Below the pieces are notes generated by a model. It was not told the origin of the DNA, searched no databases, and saw only the letters and a program-made list of their open reading frames with translations. A DNA stretch of 64,000 nucleotides from Azolla caroliniana. Taxonomy: Eukaryota; Plantae; Polypodiophyta. The DNA lies in the NCBI GenBank assembly GCA_043228905.1, contig JBHGNT010000002.1, positions 27,838,001 through 27,902,000 of the forward strand, in the 5' to 3' direction. Numbering within the stretch: position 1 is the first letter of the stretch; each line of letters opens with the position of its first letter. Both the position numbers and the translations under genes were made by a program. Of this stretch, positions 50,022 through 62,230 are shown one piece after another.

Positions 50022-53000
50022 CTTCCACACACACACAAACTCTCTCTCTTGCTCTAACGGCTCTCTCTGTCGCTGTCGTCGTCGTCGCCGTCACCGTCGC
50101 CGTCGTCTGCAGCCGCTGCAACCATCGTCGTCTGCTCTCTCTTCGCTCGCTTCCTCGTCTCTCTCTGTCGCCGGCTAGTGTCGTCGCCGTCGCCGTCGCC
50201 GTCGCTGCCGTTATCTGCGGCCGTCGCCGTCTGCCACCGTGCAGCCGTCTACCGTCTTCTGCCGTCTGCTGCCACCGTCTGCCGTCTGTTGCCGCCGTCT
50301 GCCGTCTGCTGCCGCCGTCTGCCGTCTGCTGCCGTCGTCTACCGTCGTTTGACGACTGCCACCATCACCGTCGCCGTCACGGGGTGTTTTCTTCTCCGTT
50401 TTTCTTGATGTGGTGAAGTGCCTTTTTCTCGACAAGTTCGTGGGTGGGTTCTTTTGGTGTGCTCGTCCCGTGCTACAAAATGCCGATGTGATTGCGACAC
50501 ACACACAAACTCGGCTAAGTCTCGAACCCATTTATCTTACCTTTTTTTTTCTTATTGACACCACAATGACGTCTAGACGGACTAAGGAACTTAAGGATAT
50601 ACAAGACGAGGTTATAAGTAAGGAGGACTTTTTAGATATGTTTAATCGTTTAACAAAAATAGAGATGGATATGAAAAAATGGGTGAAAGACACCGAAACC
50701 CACAAGAAAAAAGATAGAGAGGAAAAAGACGCCCTCAAGGCCGAAATAGAACAACTTAAAGTAGAAAACATCGACCTTAAAAAACAACTTAAGGACATCG
50801 AGGGATCTCGAGAAGACGGTGAAATATCCTCTATAGAGGATATAAAGGACGAAATTAAAAAAGTTAAAGAGGAAGTTAATAATAACATAGAGTTAGCTAA
50901 AACGGGTTGGGTAGATGTGGTTAAAAGAAACATTAAAAAAGAAATAAAAGATGAAAATATTGTTAACACCACCCTTGAAGAAGAGAAAATGCGTCAAGCC
51001 CGACGCTTAAATGTACGTGTCACTGGGCTCAAGGAAGGTGCATCCCCAAATGAGGACGCACAAACACTTGGGAAAATGTTAGGGTACACAGAGGCCCTAC
51101 CTATCACCAAAGCATGGAGGGCCGGGCGTGACACAACTAGGAAGAGAGCCTTAGTCCTTCAATTCAAAGACTTAGACTCTAGAATCACTTTCTTTAAGAA
51201 GAGACCAATCCTTCGAGGAATGGATGGGGACCCCATCTATCTCGATGAAGACCTCACTAAGATGCAAATTGAGCATCGCAAGAGTTGTATGCCACGAGTT
51301 ATGCAAGCTCGTAAAGAAGGCCATCGCGCCTTTTACCGAGACGGGCGAGTGATCATAAATGATCGCACTACTAACTGACGGCGTGTGGCCCATGTGACAG
51401 AAAATGCACTTAGGATGACCCTATGGAATTGTAATGGCGCACTCTGGGCACACCCCGGCCGCCTAGAGGAGATACTAAAGGTATCTGATATACTTTTCTT
51501 GGTAGAAACACATCAGAGCCCAAATAGAGGACTCCCACGGGTCGAAGGATTCCGTTGGGAATCCGCTTTTAGACAAACCTCACGTCGACACACTACTAGC
51601 GGATCTGGAGGTGTCGCGATACTATTTCGTAGAGAGCTACATAATAGGATAGAAATAATGAAGATAGACCCAGAAGCTCGTTTTATGTGGGTGAAAGTCT
51701 CCACAAGCAAAGACCATGTAGTATTTTTCGCCATTTGTTACTTTCCCCCAAAAGGATCCCGTTATAATATTAGTGGCTTGACGAGATTAGTCGATGAAGG
51801 AATGCCACATGGGCCTTCTCCATACGAACCCCTATCGGATGACATAATCCAATATTCTTCCCAAGGAGAAGTATTTCTTGTAGGAGACTTCAATGCGAGA
51901 ACCCAATCCCGAGAATGCACAGTATTTCAGATGAATAGAAACCTAGAAATGGTAAATGTTGATCCTTTAGACATAGGCACCACACGTAGATCAAAGGATC
52001 AAGGTGCGGACGCCACGAGCTTTGGCCATCATCTGCTCGAACTTGGCAGTCGGCACCAGATGGTCATATATAATGGTTTAGCTAAGTGGCCGGGCTCGGA
52101 AGAGCTCACATGTTTCCCACATGAAGGAGGGGAAAGCACAGTTGACTATCTAATAGGCCGCCCGGAAGCTACCCACATGATTAACTCCTTCCGAGTGGCC
52201 CCATGCCCTATTGGCGCAGACCATAGCTTCTTATACTTCGAGCTAAAATGTGATATCTCTAAGGTCACCAAGTCTAGTCAACCATGCCATCACACCACAA
52301 TACATTTCACACATGAGCTCTCTGACATATACTCTCAACATGTTCAGGCCCATCTCCCCTCCATTGATCCCTCTCTACCGTTAGAAAGCCTTAGTACAAA
52401 ACTCACACACATCCTTCACTCCGCAGCAGCTAGCAGTTTCCCATATACAAAACACTCAAATCAAGGTAGATCAGGATCAATGCCACAAAATAAATGGTAT
52501 GACGAGGATTGTAGGGACCTACATAGACAACTTACAGTATCGCAACTCAATGGTAGTATTACCTCCACACAAGCTCGCAAAGAAATGCGTAAGATGACAC
52601 GTCGTAAGAGACGAGCGTGGGAGGCATCCCAATACTGGGAACTCTACCATATGCTCATGAGTAGCGATTGCGCCACGGCATGGAAGAGACTACGGGAGCC
52701 AAGACCACAAACACCCATCGAAGATCCCGAAACTTGGCACACATATACAGAGAGAGTTTACCAAATCCCAAACCAACCACCTTTTCCAATGCCTTCCACA
52801 CCCCGGCCTACCACGGGGACACTTTTCACGACCTCTAGGGTCATGAAGGTCATAAAGAAATTACAACATAGGAAGTCCATGGACCACACAGGATTGCGAG
52901 CAGTACACATTATATATGCGAGAGAGTGCCTAGCTCCTTGCTAACTCTAATCTTCAATCGTGCCCTTGCAGAGGGTTTTCCACCACAATGGACTATGAAT

Positions 53001-56000
53001 ACAGTGACCCCCATACATAAAGGGGGGGACCCCATGGACCCAAATACATATAGGACCATTATGATAGGCCATACCCTTGCTAAGTTATATGGTGCAGTAA
53101 TGGAAGCAGAGCTTAGCGACTACATGGAGACCCTAAACCTTCGTGCACCTGAACAAGTTGGCTTTAGACGAGCCTTCTCCACTATTGATCACATCTTCAC
53201 ACTTAGATGCCTAATTGACCAAACTAGGGCTCGCAAGAAGAGATTATATTGTTGTTTTGTAGACTTCCGCAAAGCCTTTGACACAGTCCCTAGAGATCGG
53301 TTGTGTGATAGACTTAAAAGCTTGAGGATACCAGATGATATGGTATGGGCCATCTACGCACTATATGAACAAGTGTCCGGGTGTGTCCGATGCCCAGGTG
53401 GCCTATCCAATCGTTTCACTAGCACTATTGGTGTAAAACAAGGTTGCCCCCTATCACCGACGCTTTTTGGGATCTACATTTATGAGATCACAGATTTTAT
53501 TGCTCGTGAGGGAGGCACCGGAGTGGTCCTTGGGGATACGCAGGTTCGTATCTTGCTCTATGCGGATGACATAGTTTTGCTCTCTGAATCCGAACACGAC
53601 CTATAGAGGCACCTCAATGCCTTAGATGACTTTTGTGTACAACGAGGATTGGTAGTGAATCTAGGGAAAACGAAAGTCCTTATCTTCCACACATCGGCCC
53701 AAATTAGAGCTAAGTGTCACCTAACTATCTCCCATAGCCCAGTCGAGGTGGTTGGATTGTACGTATATCTCGGAGTCACTTTTAGTGCCCGCTCAGGTAA
53801 ATTTTCAATGACACAGGCAGCGAAGGATAGACTCACGAGAGGACATGCATCCCTCTCACTCCTAGAGAGACAATGCCACCAAGCACACTTTCAAGAGCCA
53901 CGGACTAAAGGGTGGCTCTTTGACTCATTAGTGACCCCCTCCCTCATGTATGCATCAGCAGTTTGGGCTCCAGGATTACCATCCTTCATGTGGACGCAAT
54001 TAGAGAGACCATTGGTGATGATGCTATCACGCCAACTCCGAAGCAAATCGATTGTACCACATGACATTATTAGGGCCGAGTTCACGTTACCCCCAATGCT
54101 AGTAGAGGCACTTTTTCAACTTGTAGTCTTTTTTGATAGGATACATAGCCAACCACATGATAGAATATCTCATCAAGCCTTTAAGGCCTCTCGATCATTG
54201 TATGAGTCTGGCTATACTAGCTCATGGTATGGCATGATGGTGACTTGGCTTCTTGCGAATGGTCTAGACATTAATAACCTACCTCCCCTTAGGTACAACC
54301 ACACGAGTGATAACACCTTAATCTCTCATGAGAACCGCAATAAAGTAATACGCCAAGAAATATGGCAAATTTACACTCGGTGTAAATGGATCACCCCACT
54401 AGAGCCACTCCCATCTAAAATGTCGTACTATAAGAAACACTTCATGCACTTCTCTGAGTTAGGTTTTATCATGCAGCCAAAATATCTAGATGTATTCTTA
54501 CCACATGCACTAAGGGTTGCCATTGGACAACTTAGAATATCATCTCACCAACTTGAGATTGAAAATGGCCGTACTAGTGGAGTCCCTAGGGAGGAAAGGA
54601 TATGTAGGTTATGTCACATAGAGATAGAGGATGAGTACCACTTTACATGCAAGTGTCCAACCTATGCCGAGATAAGGGCAAAATACCAAGACATACTTGG
54701 TTCGTCTCCCACCCTCCCCAAACTATTAGATACTCTAGATATAAAGAAATTAGGCAAATACATTCTAGAGCTAAAACAACACACAGAGAATAAATTACAA
54801 AATGTTGACAATAATGTTGCTAATGATCACGAACATGTAACAAATGCAGTTTTTCAGGAACCTGAGGAGACAATGAATGCCGACACACTTGCTCCACTCG
54901 GCCTTTCCATTGATGAGGCAGAAAACCAGAGAAGAACCAGACGTCCTCGGGTGCCGGGTTTCAAAGCAACTAAACGTGATGTGGAAGCAATATTGAAAAT
55001 ACGGGAACGTGAGCTACACCGCCTAGAAGCCATGGCTAGGGCACTCTCTACATTGGAACCCACATCAAGACCCTTTGACCCCCCACTTCTTTTCGAGAGG
55101 CTTGGGTGGAAATAAAATTAGGCTTAGTGTATAGTCACTTTCGAGTATACTACATATTGTACACTACTAGAACTCTTTTAGTTTAAGTTCTATTTTTTTT
55201 TTACTTAATTTTATTTTAGTTATGATGACTGGATAAATACTCTATTGTTGTAAACCAATTGTCTCATGGGCCAAATTTGGCCTTAGAAGACATTAATACA
55301 TCTTTCTTTCTTTCTTTCTTTCTCTCTCACTAAGACTCTCTCCCTCTCTGTTTTTGACCTAAACCCTAATCCCTGCTCTGCAGAAAACCTTAAACTCTGC
55401 CTGCAGAAAACCCTAAACTTTTGTCTACATAAAACCCTAAACCTTGGCTCTGATACCAGTTTGAAGGCAGCACGAGGATTAGGGTTTAGGTCACCCCTCA
55501 TCGTGAGTGGTTTTCAGATTACATAGGGGGTCGACATGGTGTTGTCCATCTTGGGGACAACTATGCATGTGAAATTGCAGGTATTGGCACTGTGCAATTA
55601 CAGTTTCAGCATGGTTCTGCTTTCACACTTCAGCATGTACGGCATGTACCTCAGCTCAAGAAGAGCTTGATTAGCATAGGACAGCTAGATGATGATGGAT
55701 TTCACACAACCTTTGGTGATGGGAAATGGAAGATTTGTAAGGGATCTAGAGTTATTGCCAAGGGTAGTAAAAGTGATACTTTGTATCCTCTCCATGTATC
55801 TAGTGTGAGTGACCATGTTGTTGCCATAACCAAGCAGCCTAGTGTTTCTTTGTGGCATGGCTGGTTGGGACACATGAGTGAAACTGGTATGAAAGTACTT
55901 TCTCGTTTGGGTTACTTGCCGTGTCTTCGTTATGCTGATTTTGAACATTGTGATCATTGCATTTATGGTAAACATGTACAAACATCTCATAAAAAGACTC

Positions 56001-59000
56001 TTTCGCTGAAGTCGTCCCCGCTTGAGTTAGTACATTCAGATGTATGTCAGATGCCAGGGCTATCATTAGGGGGAAAGAAATACTTAGTCACTTTTGTCAA
56101 TGATGCTACACGGAAGGTATGGGTTTACCCTATTCGTAGCAAGGATGAAGTGCTCAACAAATTTCGAACATTTTTGGCATTAGTTGAGAATCAAATTGAT
56201 AAGACACTTAACTGTCTTCGCTCTGACGATGGTGGGGAATATGTGTCCAAGGCCTTTCAAGCATTTTGTGACAGCAAAGGGATAAAGAGGGAACTCACTG
56301 CCCCTTATAATCCACCCCAAAATGGAGTTGCAGAGCGTATGAATCGGACTATTCAAGATAAGGTCCGTACTATGCTGTCTCATGCTGCGTTACCCCATGG
56401 TTTTTGGGCAGAGGCTGTTATGACAGCTGTTCACTTGATTAATCGGTCACCTAACAGGTCTTTGGGAGGGGGAATACCCCAAGAAGCGTGGTCGGGCAAG
56501 CCACCTTCATATGTTGACTTGAGAGTGTTTGGCTGTGAGGCTTTTGTGCACATTCGTAAAGAACAACGCAACAAACTTGAGCCAAAGTCCTGCAAATGTA
56601 TTTTCCTAGGATATGGTGACGAGGGTGAAATGGGGTATAGATTGTGGGATCCCGAGAAAAGAAAAATAGTACGCAGCAATGATGTTATCTTCCGGGAAAA
56701 TCGCATGCATAAACAACCCGAAAAGACTGAGGAAGTACATAGGGTTGTATTCCGAGAAGAAATACCTTTTAGACAGGAAAATGTGCCTGCTGTACAGCAG
56801 CAAACACCTGCTGTAAAATTACCTGCAAATGCAGAAAATGAGGTTGGAAATGATCAGCCAGTCTTTGCCAATAATGATGAGCCACCAAATGTGCAAGAAC
56901 AGCTAGAACAGCTAGAACAGCAAGCTGTGAATGCTGATTTGCAGGCTGAAATGCCTGGACTGCAAATTGGAAATGATGATTTGCAGGCTCAACAGCTACC
57001 AAACAATGGGCATTGGGTTAGGAGATCATCTAGAGTTACTAGACAGCCTGACAGATTTGTTCCTGATGCAAACAATGTGGCTGATTATGTCATGGTAACT
57101 GATTGTGGCGAACCGACTTTCTTCAAGGAAGCAATGGACAGACAGGACAATAAGAAATGGTATAAAGCCATGTTGTCAGAGATGGAATCTCTTGAGAAAA
57201 ATGATACTTGGGATTTGGTGCAATTGCCTAAAGGGCAGAAAACACTTCCATGCAAATGGGTTTATAAAATGAAGGTCATTTCTGATTCCTCGCCAAAGTA
57301 CAAAGCAAGATTGGTTGCAAAAGGATACAAGCAGGAATATGGAGTTGATTTTGATGAGATCTTCTCGCCTGTAGTCAAGATGACTACATTAAGAATCATT
57401 TTGGGCTTAGTTGCAGCTGAAGATATGGAGCTCATATGGATGTGAAGACCGCCTTTTTACATGGCGATCTGCATGAAGACATATATATGCAGCAGCCTGA
57501 AGGTTTTGTCACTAAAGGCAAAGAGAAGATGGTTTGTAAGCTCAAAAGGAGTTTGTATGGGTTGAAACAAGCACCAAGAGAATGGTATCATAAATTTGAT
57601 GCATTTATGCAGTCTCAAGGTTTTCGTAGAAGTCAAGTGGACCATTGCTTGTACACCAAGAAGGCAGGAGATGGCAGCCTGATTATCTTGGTTTTGTATG
57701 TTGATGATATGTTGATTGCTGGTAAGGATGTTCATGCCTTGAATTCATTGAAGGAAAGCCTTCATGGCAGCTTTGATATGAAGGATCTTGGTGATGCAAA
57801 TCACATCCTTGGCATGCGAATACTCCGAAACCGATCGAAAGGGGTACTCTTTCTATCTCAGCAGGAGTATATCTCTAAGGTTTTGCAGCGTTTCAATATG
57901 GAGGGGGGGAAAACAATTGGGGTTCCATTGCCTCCATATTTGAAACTCAGTGCAGAAGACAGCCCTACATCTGATGATGAGAAGGCTGAAATGGCCAAGG
58001 TTCCATATGCTTCTGCCGTTGGCAGTTTGATATATGCGATGGTTGCTACACGCCCTGATATTGCCTTTGCAATGGGAGTGGTTAGTAGGTATATGGCAAA
58101 TCCCGGCAAAAAGCATTGGGAAGCGGTGAAAGGTATTATGAGATACCTCAAAGGTACAAAGGACTTGTGTATTTGCTTTGGAAAGCAAAAGGCATCTGTC
58201 GTTGGTTTTACGGATGCGGACTATGCTGATCACGCAGACTGCAGGAAGTCTACTTCTGGGTATGTGTTCACAGGAGCGGTCTCTTGGATCTCCAGACTAC
58301 AGAAGTGTGTTGCATTGTCTACTACAGAGGCAGAGTATGTTGCTGCCACTGAGGCATGCAAAGAGGCTTTATAGCTTTCATATCTAGTGAGAGATCTTGG
58401 CATTACAGAGTTACCTATTCTTCATTGTGACAGCTAGAGTGCTATCATGCTAGCTCAAAATCCCGTCTTTCATGCAAAGACGAAGCACATAGAGGTGAAG
58501 TATCACTTCATCAGAGATGTACTTGACAGCAAGAACATTGAGCTTGTCAAAGTACATACAAATAATAATCCTGCAGATCTTCTCACGAAGGGTCTTCCAG
58601 CTGAGCGATCTGCTCATTGCCAACAGATGATGGGAGTTGGATAGATGTATGTATGTAGTTCAGCTTTGTACATACTTGGACTTAGCTGACTTTTTTTTTT
58701 TTTTTTTCTTCTCACGGCACATTGCCTTTAGGTGGGAGGTTGTTGGGAATAAAGGGCCATCGTGCCTTTTATTAGTGCACGAGTGTGAACGCACTCGTAG
58801 CACACTTTTGAGTTGTATATACATAATATCTAAAAACCAAAAAAAAGAGGTACACTCTTTTGTACCCAAGACAGCGTGCATCTCTCTCTCTCACTCAGAC
58901 TCTCTCCCTCTCTGTTTTTGACCTAAACCCTAATCCTCGTGCTGCCTTCACTGAATTGATATATTCAAAAAAACATACAATACATGCATGCAATTCTTCA

Positions 59001-60163
59001 TGCACTCTCAAACCCCAAAAATAAATTCAGGCTAAGTAAATAATATTATATTCTAAAGGTTCTAACAGCCCAATAACTCTATTATTATATGCGTACATAC
59101 TAAGCAACCACATTACAGAATTTTCGATATCAATTGAGTTATAAGTGGACAATAACAAAAATAGTGTATAGGTAATGTGAATGTAGTAAAAAAGGATGAT
59201 AAAGAAACATCTGAAAAGAAATATAGACTGGACTCTTTATATTCTCCCAAAAATATTTTTATTAAATCATATGTTCTTTTTTTGATATACTGAATCTTTA
59301 TTTGAAAGTCAAATGGCACTTCACCTTCTTCAAAGAAAAAGAGAGGAAACAATACACATCAGATTCAGTTTCATAAGATAGAAAACTAGCTTTCAAAAGA
59401 CAGCAAATCAACAACATTTAAGTTAAAAATGGCAAACCTCATCATCATGTCTCTTTCCGGGGATTAGATTTGTTGCCAGAAAATCTCCATAAATTGATCC
59501 TTTGAAGGCTGATGCTTCTTCCTCATTCAATGTGATTTCCTCCATGCTTGCCAAAGTGTTATTCGATTCACAAATGATCTCAGATGATTGATATGCCGTG
59601 GTGAATCCGTTTTCACTTTTTCCTTCTGGTGACTCTGAAATGTGTTTATGATCAAGTAATGTGGTTACAGGAAAACCTCTGCCTGCAACAATTTTATCTG
59701 GCTCATCAAACCGTCCTACTTCTTCCAAAGAATTACTCTCCTCAAAATTAGATTCCTCACTTGCGTCATCTCCAGAATCTTCTTTTCTTTCAGACTGATA
59801 GGGAGAAGGTAGATTTTCTAAACCTTGTTCAGACTTTTCCCCCAAGTAAGTCGTTGAGTTGTTGATATACAAATCTTTGATTTCTGGTACATAACTTTCG
59901 TTACATTCACCACTCTCAACATTTCCAGATATCACATTACCATCATTTGCCTTATTTATGAGACTTCCTTCCTTGATGCTTTTATCAGATGACTTAAAAT
60001 CTTGGTCTTCTTGCTCGGGCAAATAACACGGTTTTTCATGTCCAGTGCTCTTATCAAATAAATCTTCATAGGACAGGGAAATGCCTTCTGGACTCACACT
60101 TGTGTCTTGGATCTCATCGATGTTCCTGATGACGGTTGCATCTGAAGAATCTAACTTGGACAT
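42949..60163 (-). CDS. MON1: Vacuolar fusion protein MON1/SAND (Rab7 GEF subunit), 684 aa
   Basis: 14 in-phase coding exons totalling 2055 nt: 60163-59438, 47971-47892, 47800-47729, 47651-47612, 47517-47416, 47336-47215, 47116-46984, 44440-44349, 44219-44138, 44009-43945, 43846-43559, 43408-43317, 43206-43142, 43044-42949. Motifs [59 protein letters not shown]...ASPFNW*. Confidence 0.95.
45669..46190. repeat. Inverted repeat (~200 bp arms, ~110 bp spacer), MITE-like, in a MON1 intron
   Basis: TCTTAATTTACGATGAAGTGAAGTAGCTTAAT...TAGGTTTATTATGAAGAG pairs with CTCTTCATAATAAACCTA...ATTAAGCTACTTCACTTCATCATAAATTAAGA. No TSD found. Confidence 0.8.
48520..49030. repeat. Local tandem duplication (~190 bp x2 plus a partial third copy)
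   Basis: GGAGAAGATAGTTCAGAGACCCAAA occurs twice; CACAACTAGCACATTTACACAACTCTATAAAAAG occurs three times. Confidence 0.9.
49820..49975 (+). repeat. Copia 5' LTR, first part; remainder at ~55318-55372
   Basis: Matches 58741-58890 with no difference seen up to the (TC)n run. Confidence 0.9.
50566..51378 (+). CDS. LINE ORF1p (coiled coil plus RRM-like/C-terminal domain), 270 aa from first ATG
   Basis: Intact ORF: charged heptad region, then [12 protein letters not shown]...RALVLQF...IYLDEDLT, typical of Transposase_22/L1-RRM-like ORF1 proteins. Confidence 0.8.
   Translation: MTSRRTKELKDIQDEVISKEDFLDMFNRLTKIEMDMKKWVKDTETHKKKDREEKDALKAEIEQLKVENIDLKKQLKDIEGSREDGEISSIEDIKDEIKKVKEEVNNNIELAKTGWVDVVKRNIKKEIKDENIVNTTLEEEKMRQARRLNVRVTGLKEGASPNEDAQTLGKMLGYTEALPITKAWRAGRDTTRKRALVLQFKDLDSRITFFKKRPILRGMDGDPIYLDEDLTKMQIEHRKSCMPRVMQARKEGHRAFYRDGRVIINDRTTN
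51415..55115 (+). pseudogene. LINE ORF2: AP endonuclease, reverse transcriptase and C-terminal zinc knuckle; 2 lesions
   Basis: APE motifs WNCNG, ETH, GGVA, YFPP, GDFNA, VDY, ADH. RT motifs [39 protein letters not shown]...HFTCKC. Frameshift near 52940 and in-frame TAG at 53604-53606. Confidence 0.92.
55446..55458 (-). other. tRNA-iMet primer binding site in inverted orientation
   Basis: Minus strand reads LTR end ...GCTGCCTTCA + AAC + TGGTATCAGAGCC. Confidence 0.9.
55490..58644 (+). pseudogene. Copia pol (end of protease, GAG-pre-integrase, integrase, RT, RNase H), disrupted
   Basis: [10 protein letters not shown]; LWHGWLGH; LELVHSDV; LRSDDGGEY; PPQNGVAER; [15 protein letters not shown]; [10 protein letters not shown]; LYGLKQAPR; YVDDM; STTEAEY; [12 protein letters not shown]. 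Frameshift near 57436; stops at 58372 and ~58435. Confidence 0.92.
58741..58950 (+). repeat. Copia 3' LTR (210 bp)
   Basis: TGTTGGGAAT...GCTGCCTTCA, flanked by the PPT and the TSD. Confidence 0.95.
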
Positions 60164-62050
60164 CTTAAGAACAAAGTTCTAGCAAGTGTTATTTATTCTC
60201 CAGCATAATTAGAAAAGAGAAAAATACAGTGGATCAAATATTATTTCTCCCTCTCTCTTTATACCATTAATTGTACCATGGCCTCTATAGCGTTGTAATT
60301 TGATCACAAGGAAGCTACATTGGGACACAACCTAGTTTAGGTACATTTAATTTTGCATTATTTTATCAGACTTCGATGAAATTCACGTAGATGTAACTTT
60401 TGGCCTCATAGGTGGCCTGATGAGAACATCAAACATATCATCTTTTGAGTAGGACCCAGCCTTCTAGACCACGATTTCAGCACCCTTGTCATCCACAGAT
60501 AAAGGCCAGTATCTCCCGCCATCGCAGGTGCTTCTGTCATTTCGGAGAAATCTCCATTCTGGATTGACCTGTGCTAGAGATCTTTCGAAGACAAAAAAGT
60601 ACAATATATCTGGCTTGACAATCTTACATGCATCGATGATGAGATTCTTTAGTAACATCTTTATTCTATTTCTATTTACCTTTTCTTACATTGTTAAGTT
60701 TATTTCGGTTTGCTGTTCTCAAATATTGACAACATTTTAAGATGTAATCTCTTACTTGGTCTTATAAGCCATTTGACATCTTAAATGAGATTAATATTAT
60801 CTTTCTTTCTTATTTCTCTTTCTCTAGAAATTGGAAGAGGCCAGGAGAGTTTCATACCCTTCAACTAATTTAGATGTACATATTGAAAGTAAACAGCATT
60901 AACGTCTTAAAATTAAGAGAACCCAAGTTTGATCCTCGCAATGGGTTAGTTCCCCCTTTCTTTAAGATTCTCATGAGTCCCTTTCACATTTTGAAGGCAT
61001 TAATATAGCATTCATTTCATTACAGTTATCTCTTTATATATAAGATCATACCATTCCTTATACCCCAGATATCAGTGGATAGTCTTCAATTACAACATTT
61101 TTGGGTCTTATATGCCACTTTGGCCTCTTAGATGCCTTATTGTGCTATTTGCCAATACGACCTAGGGTATTCAGGGGTTTAATCCCTGACTTCTGTGTCT
61201 TCAACAAACAACGACTATTAACTGACCTACAACCACTTTTTCATCTCTTCCTCTCCCTCTCCCTCTCACTCATTAGACCCAGAGACAACATTGATGGGGC
61301 TCGTCAGACCAAATCCATCCATGTAGAAAAGATCCCTCTAGTCATGTGTCATACTTAATACCTTGTGCATATGATCCTCTGGCCTAAAGAGAGCATCCAC
61401 CCCCTTTTAGTCCCGAGTTGCCCCAGTATTACGTTATCCTTACTTTTTGTATCATGTCTTTGATTTATTTTTCGTTGTGAATAACAGAGAACATATTCAA
61501 ATATACATGTCATATCACAAACCAGTTTGCTCTGGACTCTAGATGCCAAAAGAAAAAGATATTTCCTTTCACTCGTTTATCAATTTATGTAATGCTAAAC
61601 TTATCTGCAAATTTTCAAATTTATACCTTCTCCATTATTTTTTCATATCTGCACTTGAATGCACCTGGGTCCAAATCTCATTATGTCCACTCCTTTAGTA
61701 GATGCCACTTTGGAATGTCAGGTTGAAAGCATGATGTTTTGGTCTCTGCCCTATAACCCTATCAGGTAATCTTCGAGAATTCTTGGGTTGATAAAAGATT
61801 CTAATTGCATATTATAAGTCACGTGTTCAAATATTACATTTCCTTAAATTTCCTGTGGATCTGAACATTAATAGTACATCATCATCTCTCATAGGCCGGT
61901 TTCTACCTCTAGTAGATGCCAAAAAAATAAGGCTTTTTTGGTGTCAGCCTCTCTATCTTCTGTCTACTTCTGTATAAAACCTCTCTATCTTCTGTCTCGG
62001 TCTCGGCAAAAATGGGGAGAGACCGAAAAAAGAAAGCTTCTCCGACATAC

Positions 62051-62230
62051 CTGAAGTAGAAGGAGGCAGAGGTGCGAGGTCGAGGAAGATAAGCAGCTAC
62101 TCGGATCTGCGATCTCGCAAGCAGATCGCCATGACGGAACACGCACAGAGAGAGAGAGAGAGAGAGAGAGGACCTGCAATATGAAGAAGAAGGAGATGGA
62201 GGAAATAAGCGATAAAGAATTAAATGAAAA
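62051..62230 (-). promoter_or_regulatory. Putative non-coding first exon/TSS region of MON1
   Basis: CT-rich tract and GC-richer segment ending in the donor CAG|GTATGT at 62051/62050; an acceptor lies 15 nt before the ATG (60179). Confidence 0.55.

Larger units (their letters stand above)
49980..55320 (+). mobile_element. Full-length two-ORF APE-type LINE (RTE-X-like) nested in the LTR (TC)n run
   Basis: GC-rich (GCCGTC)-repeat 5' UTR, ORF1, ORF2, a 3' UTR ending in palindrome GGCCAAATTTGGCC and a (TCTT)n tail. LTR sequence resumes directly after it. Exact ends are blurred by the microsatellite. Confidence 0.9.
49820..58950 (+). mobile_element. Ty1/Copia LTR retrotransposon (gag deleted, 5' LTR interrupted by a LINE) in MON1 intron 1
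   Basis: Perfect 5-bp TSD CTGAA (49815-49819 / 58951-58955); TG...CA ends; PPT GGTGGGAGG before the 3' LTR; INT-RT-RH domain order. Confidence 0.95.

Noticed and set aside
49763-50531. ER-repeat, SL-repeat and Ala/Val/Arg-rich ORFs
   Set aside because: Products of (CT)n and the LINE 5' UTR repeats.
55355-55493. Interstitial telomere repeats
   Set aside because: Isolated AAACCCTAA telo-box-like motifs belonging to the Copia LTR and leader, not a tandem array.
60400-60580. GDFSEMTE-like L1 endonuclease remnant on the minus strand
   Set aside because: Single weak motif; insufficient support.
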